Shown here one piece after another: positions 1-8,142 of a stretch of 40,368 nucleotides of DNA; positions within the stretch are counted from its first letter, which is position 1; every line of letters starts with the position of its first letter. This stretch comes from Candidatus Gottesmanbacteria bacterium RIFCSPHIGHO2_02_FULL_40_13 (GTDB taxonomy: Bacteria; Patescibacteriota; Microgenomatia; 2-02-FULL-39-11). The translations under genes and the position numbers were made by a program. The notes beneath the pieces are model-generated. The model was not told the origin of the DNA. It ran no database searches and saw nothing but the letters and a program-made list of their open reading frames with translations. The DNA lies in NCBI GenBank assembly GCA_001779235.1, contig MFJN01000009.1:1-40368 (forward strand), read 5' to 3'.

Positions 1-179
1 ATATCGCAGATGAAGCATTTTTAACCGGAACCGGAGCTCAGGTCGCTTGGATTGCTGAGGTTGACGGCAGGGTGATCAGTTCAAAAATAGGTACGATAAC
101 CGAAAAAATCAAGAAATTATTTTTTGATATCGTACGGGAAAAAGAGAAAAAATACTCCGGTTGGCTGACGAGGATATAG
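1..179 (+). CDS. ilvE: Branched-chain amino acid aminotransferase, C-terminal fragment (5' end outside the window)
   Basis: Frame 3 reads IADEAFLTGTGAQVAWIAEVDGRVISSKIGTITEKIKKLFFDIVREKEKKYSGWLTRI then TAG at 177-179. The EAFxTGTxAxV...VDGR pattern is typical of the class IV aminotransferase (IlvE) C-terminus. It sits beside the leu genes. Confidence 0.7.
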   Translation, partial: IADEAFLTGTGAQVAWIAEVDGRVISSKIGTITEKIKKLFFDIVREKEKKYSGWLTRI

Positions 180-323
180 ATAGATAAAAGTATTATAAGT
201 TTTTTCCCTAAATCTACTAACTACAGTTAATAACAAACTGAAGACTTTATTTGATACCACTCAATTTCCTATAAATCTCCACGATATATTATCTACAATT
301 TATCACTTAATAATTACTATAGG

Positions 324-351
324 TTGTAAAATAATATTATTTTGTTATAAT
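324..351 (+). promoter_or_regulatory. Sigma70-like promoter for the 1083-aa gene: TTGTAA, 16-nt spacer, TATAAT
   Basis: TTGTAA at 324-329 and TATAAT at 346-351. Only 10 nt (ATCCTCCATC, no Shine-Dalgarno) separate the -10 box from the ATG at 362, which suggests a leaderless or near-leaderless transcript. Confidence 0.45.
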
Positions 352-361
352 ATCCTCCATC

Positions 362-3300
362 ATGAGTAGATTTGAAGTAGCTGCATCTATTGGCTCATTA
401 TGGCATAATGAACAACCTACAGTGATTCTGTTGCTTCGGCAAGTCATAAGCGAGCAGTTAGTACTTTCCGAGCCAGTTCATGATCTATTATCACATTCTC
501 TACATGTTCGTAACTTAGCCAACGCGGTATCTATCAGGATAAATGAAAGATTTCCTCATATGGTAGACTCTGATTTAGTGGCCTCATCTGCTGTAATTCA
601 TGATTGGGGAAAATTAAAACATCAACCCACGATCAATAGACCTTATTCACATTACATCAGAACGCAACTAGATACTGCTTTGGCAGGCTTTCCAGCTATA
701 GGATCAATAGCCGGACGTCATAATTTTGGGGCGCTTCTTCGCGATGACCCGCTTCTTTTGGAACAAATGATTATAATTTATGCCGATATTCGGGCACGAA
801 GTGAGACAGTTGAAGGCGTTGTCTGCCGTCGCTATAAAACTTTAGAAAATTCATTACCCGAAATAGCTGAAAAATTGCGTGAAAGCGGTAAATATACTAA
901 AGATGATATTTTAAAAGGAAATAAAAGACTGGTTGAATTTGAAGCCATACTACGTAAGAACAATATAAATATCGATGATTTATCGGAAATACCGGACGGG
1001 CTTACTCCTAATACTAGACAATATTATAATCCATCACCTGCTTCATCCTCAGTACCTATTTATAAGACAAGCAAAGAAGAGTCCGATCAATTTCTGGCAG
1101 ACTTGCACCAATTAGACATTCTTACCTTATCAGATGAAGTATGTGCAAAATCTAATTTTATAAGATCAACCATTAAGGGAATTATTTCTGGGGATGAAAA
1201 AGCTTCAACGAGACTGGCTTTAATCGATCCATCACGTATTCCACAGTGGATAAATTTATTACGCATAAAAAACCAAAATAGAATATTAAAAGAGACAACA
1301 GAGCATCCAGATCAAAATTTTTCACTAATTTCAAATCCTAAGGTATTACATGCCGCACGCGTGAATCATATACGAGTGCTAAGAGAGGTATTTTTCCTTT
1401 CAGAAGAACCTGATTTCAGAAAAAGAATATTATCGGCAATAAGCTCATTATTCATGGGAAATGAGATTCAGGAAGATGATGTAGCATTTCACGCTGCTAA
1501 AGCCTATGGAGAAATGGTAGGAGATATGAAAGATGAGGATCGATCTTCATATTTAGAACAATTGTGGGAAGAATATAACCTAGACAAGGAATGTTCTTAT
1601 GCTCCAACAGCTCTTGAGCAATTGGCAAAACGACGTGAAGACCACGCAAAAGAATTATATAGAAGGATGTCTACCGATTTGCTTCATACTATGGGTTCGC
1701 GGGCAGTTAGTCTTTTTTCCCAAACGTTATTAAAAATAGGCGATGTGGATTTAGTAAAAGAGGTCGCCTCAAGAAGTCGGGGAGATGATGTATTAACAAA
1801 TGCCCGAGAATCAATCCGGTATGCCCAGTTACTAATTCCTCTTTTGCATGCCTCAGATATTAGGATACGAGTTGAGGCTATATCCGGTCTGGTTAACTTA
1901 CATCAGAGAACATCAAATTTATCTTTAAAACTATATATAGAAGGTTTAATTGATTTAAATCGTGTTCACAGTGTAGAACATCATAGAGAGGTTTTGGCAG
2001 CTTTAAAAGTATGTGAAGACCCTTTGGAAAAAATTGCTTTATGTCAGGTGATTGGAAAAATTTCATACGGAGAACACTCTGAATTATTACAGTCTGCGGC
2101 CGATACTTTGCTAAAAATATTAGATGAAGATATGGATAACGACGTAAAATTACAAGCTTTAATTGCGCTGGGAAGAGATGGACTTACTAGATATTTAAGC
2201 GTGGAGCAGGCATCTAAGGTTTTGGACAGCTTATGGAGGATATTCTATTTTAATCAGCAAGCCCGGAAAGTGATGCCGTATTTTATTGCAGGAATATACG
2301 CCAGTAGAAAAGATTTACCTCACATGGGTAAAGATTTGAGTAATCTAATGGAAATTGTCAGTAATGAAAATCATCCGGATAGGCAATTTCAATACGAGGC
2401 TGCAAGAGTATTTATAGGTTTGGTTGGAGCCATAGATGATGATAACGATGAAAGAATAAGATTTGCTCAGCAGGGAATACTGCAAACTCAAAATATTTCC
2501 CCGCAATTGTTTGAATTAGTATTTCAAAAGTACGTAACCAGAGTATCCAGAACTTCCCGTTTAACCACAGAGCAAAAGGCTAAAAGAATAGCAGGGAGTA
2601 TGGTCAGAAAATATATGTCTTCAGTTCAGGGTGATATGACTTCAAGATATATAACATATGATAATTTACATTCCAGCATGGTGCTGCCGGCAGGAAAATC
2701 GACCGATGTGGTGGTATTTTCTGGTACTTTTGACCCAGTACATAATGGTTCAGAGGTGGCGGCGGAAGTAGTCTCTCAGTTGGTCGGAGATGTATTTATG
2801 CAGGCAGACGATGGTAATCCAAGCAAAAATCCAAAAGCAAGAGAAATAAGAAATCAAATAATTACCAAAGCCATCGCTGACCAGCCGGGGGTATATTTGT
2901 GGAACGAGCCGCACCCTTTTGTTTACCGCAAACCTGAAGAATATGCTGAACTAAGAAGAGTTTTTAAAGATAGGACAGTATGGTTGCAGGTCGGCGAGGA
3001 TAGATTGAGACAAAGTTCATTCTACGAGGATTTCAAGAATTATGTATATCTAGTACCACATGTTGTGACAATTAGGGAAGCAAATTTTCCATCCTGTCAG
3101 TTAGAATTTAGAGACGGCATAATTGTCGGGGAGGTAGATGACAATTTACTTACGTATTTACAGACAAAACCTGATTTTATGGCAAAAATAGCCCGTTTTC
3201 ATAGAATAAAAGTAATTGGAGTACCCACAAACTTCAGTTCCACTGAAATTAAAAACCAAATACAAAGAGGAGTCTTGCGGAATGTGGATCCGTCAACAAG

Positions 3301-3613
3301 GAGGGTTATTGCACAAGTTTATGCCGATGAATCGATAGCCGATCATATCGAGCAAAGAAGGGTGATAACAGACGCCGGGGAGTTTGACAGACGACGCCAG
3401 GATGATGAATTATGGTTAATGCCTGAGGAACAAGTAGATAATTTACTCACTCAATTACCATCGATTGCAGATATACCGCCAAGAGATAAACTTTTTGTAT
3501 ATTATGATCCCATAACCGGGTATGGTTATTTATGTTATTTAAAATCCTTATCTCATAAGACTGAGAGGATAATTCAAGTTTTTAATATTAACTCAACAAG
3601 TTTGGAAGGATAA
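362..3613 (+). CDS. Large multidomain protein: N-terminal HD phosphohydrolase domain (YqeK-like), central HEAT/PBS-lyase-like helical repeats, C-terminal NadD-like (cytidylyltransferase-fold) nucleotidyltransferase domain, plus a ~100-aa tail
   Basis: Uninterrupted 1083-aa ORF. HD signature: HSLHV (aa ~45), VIHDWGK (aa ~78-84), AGRHNFG, IIIYADIRA. HEAT-like units: EDDVAFHAAKAYGEMVG, ASDIRIRVEAISGLV, DNDVKLQALIALGRDG, HPDRQFQYEAARVFIGL. NadD-like region: VVVFSGTFDPVHNGS (nt 2708-2752), NPSKNPKA, WLQVGEDRL, and NFSSTEIKNQIQRG, which matches the ISSTxIR motif. Confidence 0.75.
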   Translation: MSRFEVAASIGSLWHNEQPTVILLLRQVISEQLVLSEPVHDLLSHSLHVRNLANAVSIRINERFPHMVDSDLVASSAVIHDWGKLKHQPTINRPYSHYIRTQLDTALAGFPAIGSIAGRHNFGALLRDDPLLLEQMIIIYADIRARSETVEGVVCRRYKTLENSLPEIAEKLRESGKYTKDDILKGNKRLVEFEAILRKNNINIDDLSEIPDGLTPNTRQYYNPSPASSSVPIYKTSKEESDQFLADLHQLDILTLSDEVCAKSNFIRSTIKGIISGDEKASTRLALIDPSRIPQWINLLRIKNQNRILKETTEHPDQNFSLISNPKVLHAARVNHIRVLREVFFLSEEPDFRKRILSAISSLFMGNEIQEDDVAFHAAKAYGEMVGDMKDEDRSSYLEQLWEEYNLDKECSYAPTALEQLAKRREDHAKELYRRMSTDLLHTMGSRAVSLFSQTLLKIGDVDLVKEVASRSRGDDVLTNARESIRYAQLLIPLLHASDIRIRVEAISGLVNLHQRTSNLSLKLYIEGLIDLNRVHSVEHHREVLAALKVCEDPLEKIALCQVIGKISYGEHSELLQSAADTLLKILDEDMDNDVKLQALIALGRDGLTRYLSVEQASKVLDSLWRIFYFNQQARKVMPYFIAGIYASRKDLPHMGKDLSNLMEIVSNENHPDRQFQYEAARVFIGLVGAIDDDNDERIRFAQQGILQTQNISPQLFELVFQKYVTRVSRTSRLTTEQKAKRIAGSMVRKYMSSVQGDMTSRYITYDNLHSSMVLPAGKSTDVVVFSGTFDPVHNGSEVAAEVVSQLVGDVFMQADDGNPSKNPKAREIRNQIITKAIADQPGVYLWNEPHPFVYRKPEEYAELRRVFKDRTVWLQVGEDRLRQSSFYEDFKNYVYLVPHVVTIREANFPSCQLEFRDGIIVGEVDDNLLTYLQTKPDFMAKIARFHRIKVIGVPTNFSSTEIKNQIQRGVLRNVDPSTRRVIAQVYADESIADHIEQRRVITDAGEFDRRRQDDELWLMPEEQVDNLLTQLPSIADIPPRDKLFVYYDPITGYGYLCYLKSLSHKTERIIQVFNINSTSLEG

Positions 3614-3619
3614 AAATTT

Positions 3620-4717
3620 ATGTCCAATTTAATTGAACAAGGATGGCCTAAACCAATACTAGACAAAAATAAATTAGACCGAAAAGCTCGAATTGCAATT
3701 CGTGGCGCATTCGGGCAACTGGGAACCAGACTAATTGGAGCCTTGGGAAAACAACTGGATCTTGAAGCTACGATTGGACTGGTAAGAAGAGATCCTACAG
3801 TGGAACTGAGAGGATTTGCCGCAGTCGAAGGACATCCGGATTTACAATTATTTACCACCGATGAAAGCGAATTGGGAGCATTAAAAGATTTAGGTTTCAA
3901 TGTTGGTTTATGGACAAATGATCACTTTAGGGATGTTGATTTAATGATTGACACCACACCGCCCGGAAAAGGAGCTGATTTTGCCTATCGGTCAAGAGAA
4001 AATAATAAACCAATTATCGTGCAGTCAGGCGAAAGAGGTTTTGGCAGATTAGTTTCACCTCCTCTCATAGCCGGAGGCGAGGGGATAATTTTTGAGGCAG
4101 GAGACTGCAACGTCAATGCAATTAGTGTGGTTGGAAGTGCATTAAGTGGGATTTTAACAAGAGTCGGGGTAAATATATTAATGCAGCACGGAAGATTTTT
4201 TCACGGAAGGCTCAGAGATGAACCGGTAATATCAACATATTTTGTTTCCGGAAAACCTACCCAAGAACATTTACAACACTTGTTTCCTATTTTAGATCTT
4301 ACCGTAGGAAACATAAGCCAAGTTCCTTCTCTAAGGTATTATACTCATAACTTTGTCATGGAAACTGCGGATCTTGTAGATGCGGGTGAAGTGAGAGATC
4401 TTTTAGACAAACATCCAAGAATCAGATGTCTTCCGCATGCAACTTCAACTTACGACGTGCGGGAGTATGATAATATACTCCGTGCAGCCGGAGGCGCGAG
4501 ATTACCGCCAATTGTACCTATAATAGTTCAGGGAGGCACACCTTTTCAAAAATCTAAAACTGTTGAAATGATAGTTACAATTGATTCCAGAAGAATTACA
4601 GTTTTACCAAACATAGATGCAGCGCGAACTCTTTTATGGGGAGTAGAACCTATAGAATCAATGAGAATAACTGATGAAACTATGCACTTTGTTAAACCAC
4701 CCGATGAAATTAAGTAA
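3620..4717 (+). CDS. Rossmann-fold dehydrogenase resembling archaeal type-II glyceraldehyde-3-phosphate dehydrogenase (divergent)
   Basis: Colinear motif matches to archaeal GAPDH: IAIRGAFGQLG (dinucleotide loop), DLMIDTTPPGKGADF, PIIVQSGERG, catalytic-Cys region AGDCNVNAIS (archaeal SCNTT), VPSLRYYTHNFVMET, DKHPRIRCLP, VLPNIDAARTLL. GGAAGGA lies 9 nt upstream of the ATG, which is 7 nt after the upstream stop. Confidence 0.6.
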   Translation: MSNLIEQGWPKPILDKNKLDRKARIAIRGAFGQLGTRLIGALGKQLDLEATIGLVRRDPTVELRGFAAVEGHPDLQLFTTDESELGALKDLGFNVGLWTNDHFRDVDLMIDTTPPGKGADFAYRSRENNKPIIVQSGERGFGRLVSPPLIAGGEGIIFEAGDCNVNAISVVGSALSGILTRVGVNILMQHGRFFHGRLRDEPVISTYFVSGKPTQEHLQHLFPILDLTVGNISQVPSLRYYTHNFVMETADLVDAGEVRDLLDKHPRIRCLPHATSTYDVREYDNILRAAGGARLPPIVPIIVQGGTPFQKSKTVEMIVTIDSRRITVLPNIDAARTLLWGVEPIESMRITDETMHFVKPPDEIK

Positions 4718-4796
4718 TTTTAATTTTTATTCCCGGGCTGATGGTAGAATAAAGAATAATATATTTCGCTTAGAAATGAATTTCTTGTAATATTAA

Positions 4797-5873
4797 CTAC
4801 TTGCAATTCGAAAGAATAACTTCACCCATTTCCTTTGTCCCTAATATATTTTTCTTTTCCGTTAAGATTGTCGCAATATCTCTGGTTCTCCATCCCTCAT
4901 TAAGCGTGTCTGTCACCGCGTTGCAAATACTAACCCATTCTTTTGAGAGATGGAAACTATACTTGAGCATCATTTCCACTGAAAGAATAGCGGCAATGGG
5001 GTTTGCAATATTTTTTCCTGCTGCTTTTGGATATGAACCATGGATCGGTTCGTATAGCGCAACGCCTGAGCCGATCGATGCGGAAGGTAACATTCCTAAT
5101 GATCCTACTAAAACCGAGGCCTCATCGGTCAAAATATCGCCAAACATATTTTCAGTCAGAATGACATCAAATTGAGATGGGTTTTTGATAATCTGCATTG
5201 CAGCATTATCGACAAACAGATGATTTAATTCGATAGATGGATATTTCCGGGATATTTCCGTGACAGTTTCACGCCAGAGCCGTGAGGTTTCCAGAACATT
5301 GGCTTTATCAACAGAGGTAACTTTACCTCTTCTTGTTAAAGCCATCTCAAAGGCAACCTTGGCAACTCTGGTGATTTCATCTTTGGAGTAAATGGAAGTA
5401 TCGACAGCAGTGTTTCCTTTATTATATCTCAGTCTTGGTTTGCCAAAATAAATTCCTCCGGTTAATTCCCTAACGATTATTAAATCAACATTTACTAATC
5501 TTTCTTTCTTCAGCGGAGAAATGTTTATTAAATCCTTGTAAATTTTGACTGGGCGAAGATTTGTAAAAAGTTTTAATGATTGACGCAGTTTAAGCAAGCC
5601 CTGCTCCGGTCTGATTTTTGCTTTTGGGTCTAAATCGTATCTCGAATCGCCAATTGCTCCAAAGAGAATCGCATCGGCACTCTGACAAAGTTTCAAAGTT
5701 TCATCCGGCAGAGGACTTCCGGTTTTATCAATGGCTGTTGCGCCGATAAGTCCATATTTTAATGTAAAAACATGATGGAATTTTTCGGCAATTTTATTAA
5801 GTACATTGACAGCTTGTTCGATTACTTCCGGCCCAATTCCGTCACCTGGAAGAACTGCTATAGATTTTTTCAT
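4797..5873 (-). CDS. leuB: 3-isopropylmalate dehydrogenase
   Basis: IAVLPGDGIGPEV N-terminus, NLRP, IVRELTGGIYFG and NMFGDILTDE motifs. Last gene of the leu cluster. Confidence 0.95.
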   Translation of the reverse strand: MKKSIAVLPGDGIGPEVIEQAVNVLNKIAEKFHHVFTLKYGLIGATAIDKTGSPLPDETLKLCQSADAILFGAIGDSRYDLDPKAKIRPEQGLLKLRQSLKLFTNLRPVKIYKDLINISPLKKERLVNVDLIIVRELTGGIYFGKPRLRYNKGNTAVDTSIYSKDEITRVAKVAFEMALTRRGKVTSVDKANVLETSRLWRETVTEISRKYPSIELNHLFVDNAAMQIIKNPSQFDVILTENMFGDILTDEASVLVGSLGMLPSASIGSGVALYEPIHGSYPKAAGKNIANPIAAILSVEMMLKYSFHLSKEWVSICNAVTDTLNEGWRTRDIATILTEKKNILGTKEMGEVILSNCK

Positions 5874-5880
5874 ATATTTA

Positions 5881-6036
5881 CCCCAGCACCAGAATGCCCC
5901 GGACGTAAGTCCGCGGGATGAATGGTTTTCAAGCGGGCATTCGGTGCGGGGTTTCGCGCTCCGAATGACCGAAAGGACTGATGCCCCGACCGTAAGGTCG
6001 GGGAGCTCTTCACGATTCTGGGTCGTAAAGCAAAAG
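5881..6036. repeat. GC-rich multi-hairpin palindromic repeat element (REP/MITE-like) between leuD and leuB
   Basis: About 155 nt, clearly GC-richer than its surroundings. Hairpins: CATTCGGTGCG/CGCTCCGAATG at 5938-5967, CCCCGACC-GTAA-GGTCGGGG at 5984-6003, CCGGAC-GTAA-GTCCG at 5899-5913. Carries the CCGAATGAC arm seen in the other copies. Confidence 0.6.
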
Positions 6037-6038
6037 TC

Positions 6039-6686
6039 TTAAAACCCAACAGAATTTAGCTCGAGCATATTGTTGTTGGGTTCGGAATTAATAAATATGA
6101 ATAGCTTATGGTGATTTTCAAATTTTTTTATTTTTTCTTTATGAGCAAAAATATAGCTTAACTCATCAATTCCCTTAAGCAAACACATTTTTCTAAATGG
6201 ATCGATAGAAAAGATAAAGCATTTTTTTTGGGCTACATATACCTTTTGTCTGTCTAAATTAATCCTGATCTTTGTATCATGATTCCGTTCAATGATTTTT
6301 AAAAGTATTTCTAACTCATCGGATTTTATAATTACTGGTAATAATCCATTCTTAAGGGCATTATTATAGAAAATATCACCAAAAGAAGAAGAAATTATCA
6401 CTTTAAAACCAAAATCTTGCAAAGCCCACACTGCGTGTTCACGGCTTGATCCGCAACCGAAATTATTTCCGGCAATTAATATTTGAACTAGAGTTTGTTG
6501 AGAATAATTAAAGATACTATTTTTCTTTTTTTTGTCTTTATTATTTCGCCAATTATAAAAAAGATATTTACCCAATCCGTTTTTTTTAGTGGTTTTTAAA
6601 AATTGAGCCGGAATTATCTGATCAGTATCGACATTTTCAGATTTTATCAGTAAACAGGTTGAATTAAGCCGTGTAAATTTATTCAT
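6039..6686 (-). CDS. leuD: 3-isopropylmalate dehydratase small subunit
   Basis: DTDQIIPAQFLK and NFGCGSSREHAVWAL motifs. Start moved to ATG 6686 (MNKFTRL), which has GGAAGGA 8 nt upstream, instead of the track start at 6719. Confidence 0.9.
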   Translation of the reverse strand: MNKFTRLNSTCLLIKSENVDTDQIIPAQFLKTTKKNGLGKYLFYNWRNNKDKKKKNSIFNYSQQTLVQILIAGNNFGCGSSREHAVWALQDFGFKVIISSSFGDIFYNNALKNGLLPVIIKSDELEILLKIIERNHDTKIRINLDRQKVYVAQKKCFIFSIDPFRKMCLLKGIDELSYIFAHKEKIKKFENHHKLFIFINSEPNNNMLELNSVGF

Positions 6687-6741
6687 ATTAGATATCCTTC
6701 CAAAATTCAGCTCCAGCATGATTTTAGAAGGAGTTTAATAA

Positions 6742-8142
6742 TTATAAAAACTTTCTGACATCGGCAATTTTTCCCTCAATTGCACAAGCTGCAGCCGTGA
6801 TGGGACTGGCAAGAAATGTTCGTGCACCGGGTCCCTGTCTGCCTTCATAGTTTCGATTGCTTGTTGAGATGCAGTATTTTCCAGACGGAATTTTGTCTTC
6901 ATTCATGGCAATGCATGCCGAACAACCAGACCAACGCCACTGAAATCCGGCTTCAATAAAAATTTTGTTCAGACCTTCTTTTTCTGCCTGAAATTTCACC
7001 TGTCTTGATCCGGGGACAACTATTGCCACAACATTTCCGGATACCTTTTTTCCTTTCACAATTGCGGCGGCTTGACGCAGATCTGAGATTCTGGCATTAG
7101 TACAGCTGCCGATAAAAATATAATCTACGGAAAACCCTTCCAGAGTCCTGCCGGGTTTCAAATTCATATAAGCTAACGCTTTTTCCCGTGACATTTTTTC
7201 CTCCGGAGTTTGTGCCGTTTCAGGAGAAGGAATTTTTTCCGAAATTTTAATACCGGTCGACGGATCAGTACCCCAAGTAACTAATGGTTCAATATTATTT
7301 CCGTTAATTATTACTGATTTATCAAACTGAGCATTTTCGTCGGTTTTCAAAGTCTGCCAATAATTAATTGCTTCGTTCCACTTATTTCCCTTTGGAGTAA
7401 ATTGTCTGCCTTTCAAATATGCAAAAGTTGTCCGGTCAGGGGCGACCATTCCACATCTGGCTCCCGCTTCAATACTCATATTACAAATTGTCATTCTTTC
7501 TTCCATATTCATTTTTCTTATTAACGATCCGGAATATTCTATGGCAAATCCGGTGCCACCCTTGGTCCCTATTTTTGTTAAGACTGTTAGAATTACGTCT
7601 TTGGTGGTTACCCCTTTTCCTAATTTTCCATCTATATTAATTTCCATAGTTTTCATGGGATTTTGCAGTAAGCATTGGGAAGCAAGTACATGTTCAATTT
7701 CAGTTGTCCCGATACCAAAAGCAAGACAGCCAAATGCACCATGAGTTGAAGTATGGGAGTCACCGCAGACGATGGTCATACCCGGTTGTGTAATACCGAG
7801 TTCCGGTCCGATTACATGAACGATTCCCTGATAGGAACTATCCAAACCGTAAAGTCTAATCCCAAAATCACGGCAATTTTTTACCAGAGTATCGATTTGC
7901 ATACCCGATAATTTATCTCTAATTTCATTTTGATTAATTGTAGAAACATTGTGATCGCAAGCGGCAAAAGTTCTCTCAGGACAGCGAACCTTTAATTTTT
8001 TCTTCCGCAAATTATAAAAAGCCTGAGGCGATGTCACTTCATGAACATAATGGACATCTAAATATAATAAGGAAGGAGAATTTTTTCTCCGGAAGACCAT
8101 ATGGTTACCCCAAATTTTTTCAAAAAGTGTTTTGGCTTTCAT
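6742..8142 (-). CDS. leuC: 3-isopropylmalate dehydratase large subunit
   Basis: Aconitase-family motifs: [45 protein letters not shown]. Confidence 0.95.
   Translation of the reverse strand: MKAKTLFEKIWGNHMVFRRKNSPSLLYLDVHYVHEVTSPQAFYNLRKKKLKVRCPERTFAACDHNVSTINQNEIRDKLSGMQIDTLVKNCRDFGIRLYGLDSSYQGIVHVIGPELGITQPGMTIVCGDSHTSTHGAFGCLAFGIGTTEIEHVLASQCLLQNPMKTMEINIDGKLGKGVTTKDVILTVLTKIGTKGGTGFAIEYSGSLIRKMNMEERMTICNMSIEAGARCGMVAPDRTTFAYLKGRQFTPKGNKWNEAINYWQTLKTDENAQFDKSVIINGNNIEPLVTWGTDPSTGIKISEKIPSPETAQTPEEKMSREKALAYMNLKPGRTLEGFSVDYIFIGSCTNARISDLRQAAAIVKGKKVSGNVVAIVVPGSRQVKFQAEKEGLNKIFIEAGFQWRWSGCSACIAMNEDKIPSGKYCISTSNRNYEGRQGPGARTFLASPITAAACAIEGKIADVRKFL

Noticed and set aside
3574-3900. Antisense and shadow ORFs in the track (3574-3900, 4801-5175, 7419-7744, 8544-8765, 10339-10551, 11822-12100, 12247-12465, 13007-13189, 14305-14676, 15019-15213, 16048-16647, 17859-18056, 19042-19654, 21330-21521, 22059-23286, 25387-25888, 26586-27308, 28728-28940, 32069-32528, 33175-33372, 34526-34759, 36059-36773, 37785-38666)
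   Set aside because: All lie inside or antisense to ORFs with clear family signatures. They lack SD sequences and recognisable motifs, and show low-complexity or odd composition.
5881-6036. A known structured RNA gene (RNase P RNA, SRP/4.5S RNA, tmRNA, tRNA) in the GC-rich leuD-leuB spacer
   Set aside because: None of the conserved cores I recall (GGAAAGUCCGG for the RNase P P4 region, the SRP GGAA/AGCA domain IV motif, the tmRNA tag or acceptor features, a tRNA cloverleaf) could be found. Similarity to the other dispersed copies favours a repeat element.
5806-6042. 78-aa + strand ORF spanning the leuB start and the leuD-leuB spacer
   Set aside because: It overlaps the leuB 5' end antisense, and its sequence (…RGFALRMTERTDAPTVRSG…) is just the translation of the GC-rich palindromic repeat. 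There is no SD and no family resemblance.
6687-6719. Upstream start for leuD (MLELNFGRISN…)
   Set aside because: The internal ATG at 6686 has a GGAAGGA SD, and LeuD homologues begin near MNKF…
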